Origin: Thermofilaceae archaeon
GTDB taxonomy: Archaea > Thermoproteota > Thermoprotei > Thermofilales > Thermofilaceae
Direction: 5' to 3'
Length of the DNA: 64,000 nucleotides
Assembly (NCBI GenBank): GCA_038861545.1
Contig: JAWCCZ010000004.1
Location: 189,182-253,181 of the forward strand
Shown here in pieces: positions 60,095 through 64,000 of this stretch (position 1 is the stretch's first letter; every line of letters starts with the position of its first letter). Under the pieces are notes generated by a model. It was given only the letters and a program-made list of their open reading frames with translations. It did no database searches and was not told where the DNA came from. The position numbers and the translations under genes are program-made.

Positions 60095-60601
60095 TCAAGC
60101 CCTTGAGTGTGGTACGCTAAAAGCATTACCGCCGCTCCACAGTTTCCTGAGGAAGGCTTTCATCCTCTTTAAGTGGCTGCCCGGCCAGTAGACATGGCCA
60201 CATGAAACGCATATGAAAACCGGTTTTCGACGTTCGAGAACGCCGAGCGGTACTTTACCCTCTACTTCGTTGCACGAAGCTCGCCTCAGCTTACCGTTGC
60301 ACAGCGGACACCTAGTATCGGAGAAATCGACACTAAGCCTAACCCCGTACCTTGCTCCAATCAGCTGCAGAGCTTCTGCTAGCCTAAGCTCCGCGAGGTA
60401 GATAACCTCTACGCCTCTTTTAGATGCCTTCTCGTAAAGCTCCCGATCCCTTGTTACCAGAACTGCCCCATTTCTTTCCGCTACTTCGACTAGAGTATCA
60501 TCTAACGCGTTAGGGTCGTAGTAGGTACTCTTTCCCAGTATTCTTAACCACTTCGCAAGATCGCCAAGCATCGCATCAACTACAAACTCATACTCGTCCA
60601 A
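60095..60601 (-). CDS. Mut7-C RNase domain protein (PIN-like + Zn ribbon)
   Basis: DAMLGDLAKWLRILG, TRD, RCPLCNG, CVSCGHVYWPGSH. Confidence 0.93.
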   Translation of the reverse strand: MDEYEFVVDAMLGDLAKWLRILGKSTYYDPNALDDTLVEVAERNGAVLVTRDRELYEKASKRGVEVIYLAELRLAEALQLIGARYGVRLSVDFSDTRCPLCNGKLRRASCNEVEGKVPLGVLERRKPVFICVSCGHVYWPGSHLKRMKAFLRKLWSGGNAFSVPHSRA

Positions 60602-60602
60602 C

Positions 60603-61316
60603 TTACCCCCTCTTAACTCCTCGTAACGAGTTAACCCACTTCTTTGAGCTTTCCCGCATAACTTTAAGCAGAGATATATCGTCGATTAAGTAAACGCTTT
60701 CGCGGATAAGGGCGGCAAAGCCGTACCTACTTAGAGCCTCAAAAAGCCCAGTGTAACTGGAGCATAGCGCCTCGCTTCTCGCTATCTCGCTACATGGGAT
60801 GTCGAGAACCTCGCTGCTACTCTCAGCTACCATGCGTACAGCAGTCCAAGCATCTACAACCCCCTTTAATTTACCGGCCCTTACTACGAATACGCAGATA
60901 GACCCTCGTTCCATCATCCTCTTTAAAGCGCCTCTCAGCGTAGCATTAGGTGCTACGACAGCCGGCGCCATAGCTTTGCCCGTGACTTCAAAGGGCGAGA
61001 TGCTTTTAGACGCTATACGGGCTAGGGATCGCGGGGCTAGAACTAATCGGCTCCCCCCTGCAACAAACAAGTACTTAGCACCACTCGCAATATAATACTC
61101 TACTGCTCTACTTAAACCTACCCGCCCTTCCAGCTTAGCGAGTTCTCCCCCCGCGCTCCACCCACCTTCAGAGAAGCCGTTCATGGCTAACCGAACCAAA
61201 GAGTCTAAGGTCACCGGCTTCCCTTTAACTAACGCAATGAGCATCAAGCCGCGTGCAAACTCTGCAGTAATCGCGTCCGGTTCATCGCATTCAAGCGAGA
61301 TGACTGGTTCAGCCAA
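60603..61316 (-). CDS. divergent CBS-domain protein
   Basis: AM.PAVVAPNATLRGALKRM...GKLKGVV. Confidence 0.65.
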   Translation of the reverse strand: MAEPVISLECDEPDAITAEFARGLMLIALVKGKPVTLDSLVRLAMNGFSEGGWSAGGELAKLEGRVGLSRAVEYYIASGAKYLFVAGGSRLVLAPRSLARIASKSISPFEVTGKAMAPAVVAPNATLRGALKRMMERGSICVFVVRAGKLKGVVDAWTAVRMVAESSSEVLDIPCSEIARSEALCSSYTGLFEALSRYGFAALIRESVYLIDDISLLKVMRESSKKWVNSLRGVKRG

Positions 61317-63210
61317 TTTCCACCACCCTAGAGATGTGGAAACCCCCGCGTGGAAGCAAAGCCAATACTTCGCTAGGCTGAATTCTGGCTTTTAACCCTT
61401 TTGCCATCAACGCAGAAGAAAGCCTTTTAGCTACTTTCTCAGCAGTTTCTTCTCTCTTCAGCCTGCCTGGCTCCAAGATAACGGCCGCTTTACACTTGCT
61501 GAGGAGCGGCTGGAGTGGACCTGCGAGCAACTTAAACACTCCCCCCTCTACTTCAACCCCTATCGCGAGCTCTAGCTTTACGCTCTTAATATAATTCCTT
61601 TTCCCGTACACCATGAAAGCACCTTTTTTGATGTACTCTCCGGCTGGAGCTTTTTTTGAAACTTGATCTGAATTCACCCAGTAAACGTCAACGGAGGTTA
61701 AACCGGCTTCCCACGCCTTCGAGTAAATAGCGGCTAACTGGGCCGCCTCCCTGATAGTCGCTTCGCCAACCTGCTTACCCTCACTTTTCACTATAACCAC
61801 GGGTCCACCGTGAATCTCAGCATGAAAGAATAAGTCGCCTACCTGCATGTACTTCCTAACAATCGCTTCGTTCTGGCTAGCATCCCTACCGCCAATGACT
61901 AGGAAACCCTCGCTCGAGAAAAAGTGGTGGAAGCTCTCGAACCAGCTTCTCTCTTTCCTTAACTTAAGAGAAGGTAATTCCGGCGACTTCAGCCCCAGTC
62001 TAGCTGCAACTTCCTTAGCCTTCTCAGCTTTCCTCTCAAACTCCTTAGCCTCCTCGTATAGTAGCGAAGCGTTACGAGCTGCACTTAGGTTTGCATTAAG
62101 ATCCACTTCGACGCCGTTCACGAGCATTTTCACCAACATTCTAGGAGGATCTACAGCGATTATCTCAGGGTATTTTTCGCTCAGCTTACCTTTTAAAAGA
62201 TCCCATTGCACGCTTTCCCTGAGGATTTTAAACTCTTTTAATAGCATTTCAAACCTAGCTAGGTCGGACATTATAACCTCCGCTGCCCTTTTAAGCTGAA
62301 TTGACCTTTCAGCGTACTCGTGGGCGAACTGCTCGGCCTCCACAGCAGCTCCACTCGTCGTTGCTGGAACCTGGATGAGGAGTTTAGTTAGAAGCCGGTC
62401 TACAGCCTCAGCGAAAGTCGTGCTTGGCTCGAGTTTCAAGGTTACGTGCTTCAGCTTAATAGGGTAAGCTGCAGCTACCTCCCCCTCCTCCAACGCTACG
62501 CACGGCTCCAGCTCTCCTTTAAGCACCTTTAAGATCAACTTCTTCAGTTCAACGAGCGCTCGACTTAACGCGTTAAGTGGAACAGTGTTAGAGACAACAT
62601 TCGGATCAACTCCAGCGCGGTACGCGGCTTCGGCTAGGAGCTCGCCTGGAGCGTTCACCGTGCGGGAAAGAAGAGCCGCTACTGTTAATCTTGCATTAGG
62701 AGATGGCACATCCAGGTGAGTTAGGGAGAGGGGGTCAAGTCCCCTTGGAGGTGGCGGCTCATAAAGCTCTCCGATAGCTAGCCTCCTATCCCTCATCTCC
62801 CTAGCCCTTAACAAGGCTGTCACCCTTCCTCCACCGTTCAGCGCTATTAAGTTCCCCTCGCGAACCCACTCGGCAACTATCTCCACCCTTCCGCCACCTT
62901 TATCGAAGGTTAAGACTGCTACCCTGTCTAACCCGACTTGCCTTATACAAGTTAGTCGCGCCCCCCTTAACTCACGCAACACGGCAGCGAGCTGCTTAAC
63001 AGGTTCCCCGCGGGGAAGCTCGTACCGTGTTTCAAAAACTCCTATACAAGGGCTGAGCACTAGGTAACGGTCGCCTAAAGCCGGCTCCCTGAACCTGGCT
63101 ACTACGGCTTCGCCAAGCATCCAAGCCTTCTGCAGCCTTAATCCCTCAAGGCCGTTTAACCCCTCCCTAAGAAGCGCCGCGAAGTCGACTGCTGTAAGAG
63201 ACCGTTTCAA
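61309..63210 (-). CDS. NFACT/RqcH (aRqcH) ribosome quality-control protein
   Basis: LDRV, EGN, WFESFHHF, GGRDASQNE, FHAEIHGGP, GAFMVYGKRNY; start moved to TTG 63210. Confidence 0.92.
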   Translation of the reverse strand: MKRSLTAVDFAALLREGLNGLEGLRLQKAWMLGEAVVARFREPALGDRYLVLSPCIGVFETRYELPRGEPVKQLAAVLRELRGARLTCIRQVGLDRVAVLTFDKGGGRVEIVAEWVREGNLIALNGGGRVTALLRAREMRDRRLAIGELYEPPPPRGLDPLSLTHLDVPSPNARLTVAALLSRTVNAPGELLAEAAYRAGVDPNVVSNTVPLNALSRALVELKKLILKVLKGELEPCVALEEGEVAAAYPIKLKHVTLKLEPSTTFAEAVDRLLTKLLIQVPATTSGAAVEAEQFAHEYAERSIQLKRAAEVIMSDLARFEMLLKEFKILRESVQWDLLKGKLSEKYPEIIAVDPPRMLVKMLVNGVEVDLNANLSAARNASLLYEEAKEFERKAEKAKEVAARLGLKSPELPSLKLRKERSWFESFHHFFSSEGFLVIGGRDASQNEAIVRKYMQVGDLFFHAEIHGGPVVIVKSEGKQVGEATIREAAQLAAIYSKAWEAGLTSVDVYWVNSDQVSKKAPAGEYIKKGAFMVYGKRNYIKSVKLELAIGVEVEGGVFKLLAGPLQPLLSKCKAAVILEPGRLKREETAEKVAKRLSSALMAKGLKARIQPSEVLALLPRGGFHISRVVEIG

Positions 63211-63321
63211 ACCGAACCCCAAGACCTTTAGCTGGTTACCAATAAATTTGACGAGTTTAATGTCTTTTAGGCTGCGACTAATAGTGGTGTTAATATATAC
63301 CCCCTCTACAGCAACGCTGTT

Positions 63322-63546
63322 ATGAAGTGTCCCAAAGAATATACGCATTTAATTGCCGCTCTCCTGCTCGGCATGGCTTTCGGTGCCTCTCTGATTCCTC
63401 CTCTGGTCGGCTACCTTGTTGCCATGTTAGCCGGGTTAGCTCTGCACAAAGCTGGCCTGCTTAACGCTTTGAAGGAGGCGGTTGAATACGTGGGTTTGCT
63501 AGCCATATCCTGGACCATAGTTGCTACCCTCTTGCATTACCCGTAA
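63322..63546 (+). CDS. small membrane protein
   Basis: 74-aa hydrophobic ORF in the gap, downstream of TTAATATA. Confidence 0.55.
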   Translation: MKCPKEYTHLIAALLLGMAFGASLIPPLVGYLVAMLAGLALHKAGLLNALKEAVEYVGLLAISWTIVATLLHYP

Positions 63547-64000
63547 TCAAGTATCCCCTTATCTGTTATGACTAACCTACAAGTATCCGCGGATCTGGGG
63601 ATTTCAAGCGAAGCCTCTACCAAACCATTCCCTATGGGTTTTAACCTTACCCGAAAATCCACCCACATGGAAACATGGGGGTCTCCGATAACTTTATCGC
63701 CTCTTACAGCGCTTGTAACCACTGCTACACCACCCCAGAGAGACAATCTCTTTAAAAGCTCAGCCGCTTTCCCAAAAGCTCTTCTCGCCTCCCTAACACC
63801 CCTAGGCGATAAAAGCGCGTAAGCTAGGGAATCAACCACCACTAGGTTCACGTCAAGATCCCCTAAACTTATCACTGCTTCCGCGATACCGTCCAAATCG
63901 ATAGCTTCAATGTATTTAATATTTTCAAGTGTTTTTTCTGGGTCTATGCCTCTGTATCTTGCAATACTGATTACGCGTTCAGGTCTAAAAGTTCCTTCAG
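63537..64000 (-). CDS. RadA/RecA-family paralogue, 5' end outside the window
   Basis: Frame open to window edge: [29 protein letters not shown]...LVVVDSL...AVVTS...ITDKGILD. Confidence 0.85.
   Translation of the reverse strand, partial: EGTFRPERVISIARYRGIDPEKTLENIKYIEAIDLDGIAEAVISLGDLDVNLVVVDSLAYALLSPRGVREARRAFGKAAELLKRLSLWGGVAVVTSAVRGDKVIGDPHVSMWVDFRVRLKPIGNGLVEASLEIPRSADTCRLVITDKGILDYG
63919..64000 (-). repeat. 82-bp exact repeat, copy 2 (inside radA paralogue; truncated by window edge)
   Basis: Reverse complement matches 26985-27066 base for base. Confidence 0.97.

Noticed and set aside
51900-64000. Apparently higher GC toward the right end
   Set aside because: Not quantified; the region carries core genes (thrS, lig) and shows no mobility signatures
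1-64000. CRISPR arrays, IS elements, integrases, inteins
   Set aside because: None seen; RadA, Lhr, ligase and ValRS are of normal length

Overview
A gene-dense, housekeeping-rich stretch of an archaeal chromosome. Archaeal markers include RadA, Hjc, S25e, L12p/P1, archaeal-type ThrRS, the AcnX-type mevalonate pathway, an intron-containing tRNA and C/D box sRNAs. The gene set points to a thermophilic Thermoproteota member, plausibly Thermofilaceae (inference). The window holds pyrFEBI, valS/asnS/thrS, many DNA-repair genes, mevalonate/isoprenoid genes, pgk, a bacterial-type gap, tRNA-Thr(CGU) and two C/D sRNAs. I found no CRISPR array, transposase or integrase. Most notable observations: (1) an intergenic GC-rich RNA closed by a canonical bulge-helix-bulge motif, predicting a free-standing 77-nt circular RNA (16700-16776); (2) a divergent RadA paralogue at the window end carrying an in-frame block of at least 82 bp that is 100% identical to radA, inverted and ~37 kb away; (3) a ChlI-like ATPase and a vWA ORF whose only frame overlap contains a U6 run, a candidate programmed +1 frameshift; (4) a C/D sRNA predicted to methylate wobble U34 of tRNA-Glu(UUC); (5) an hjc-TIP49 gene pair. 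All assignments come from reading motifs by eye; no searches were run.
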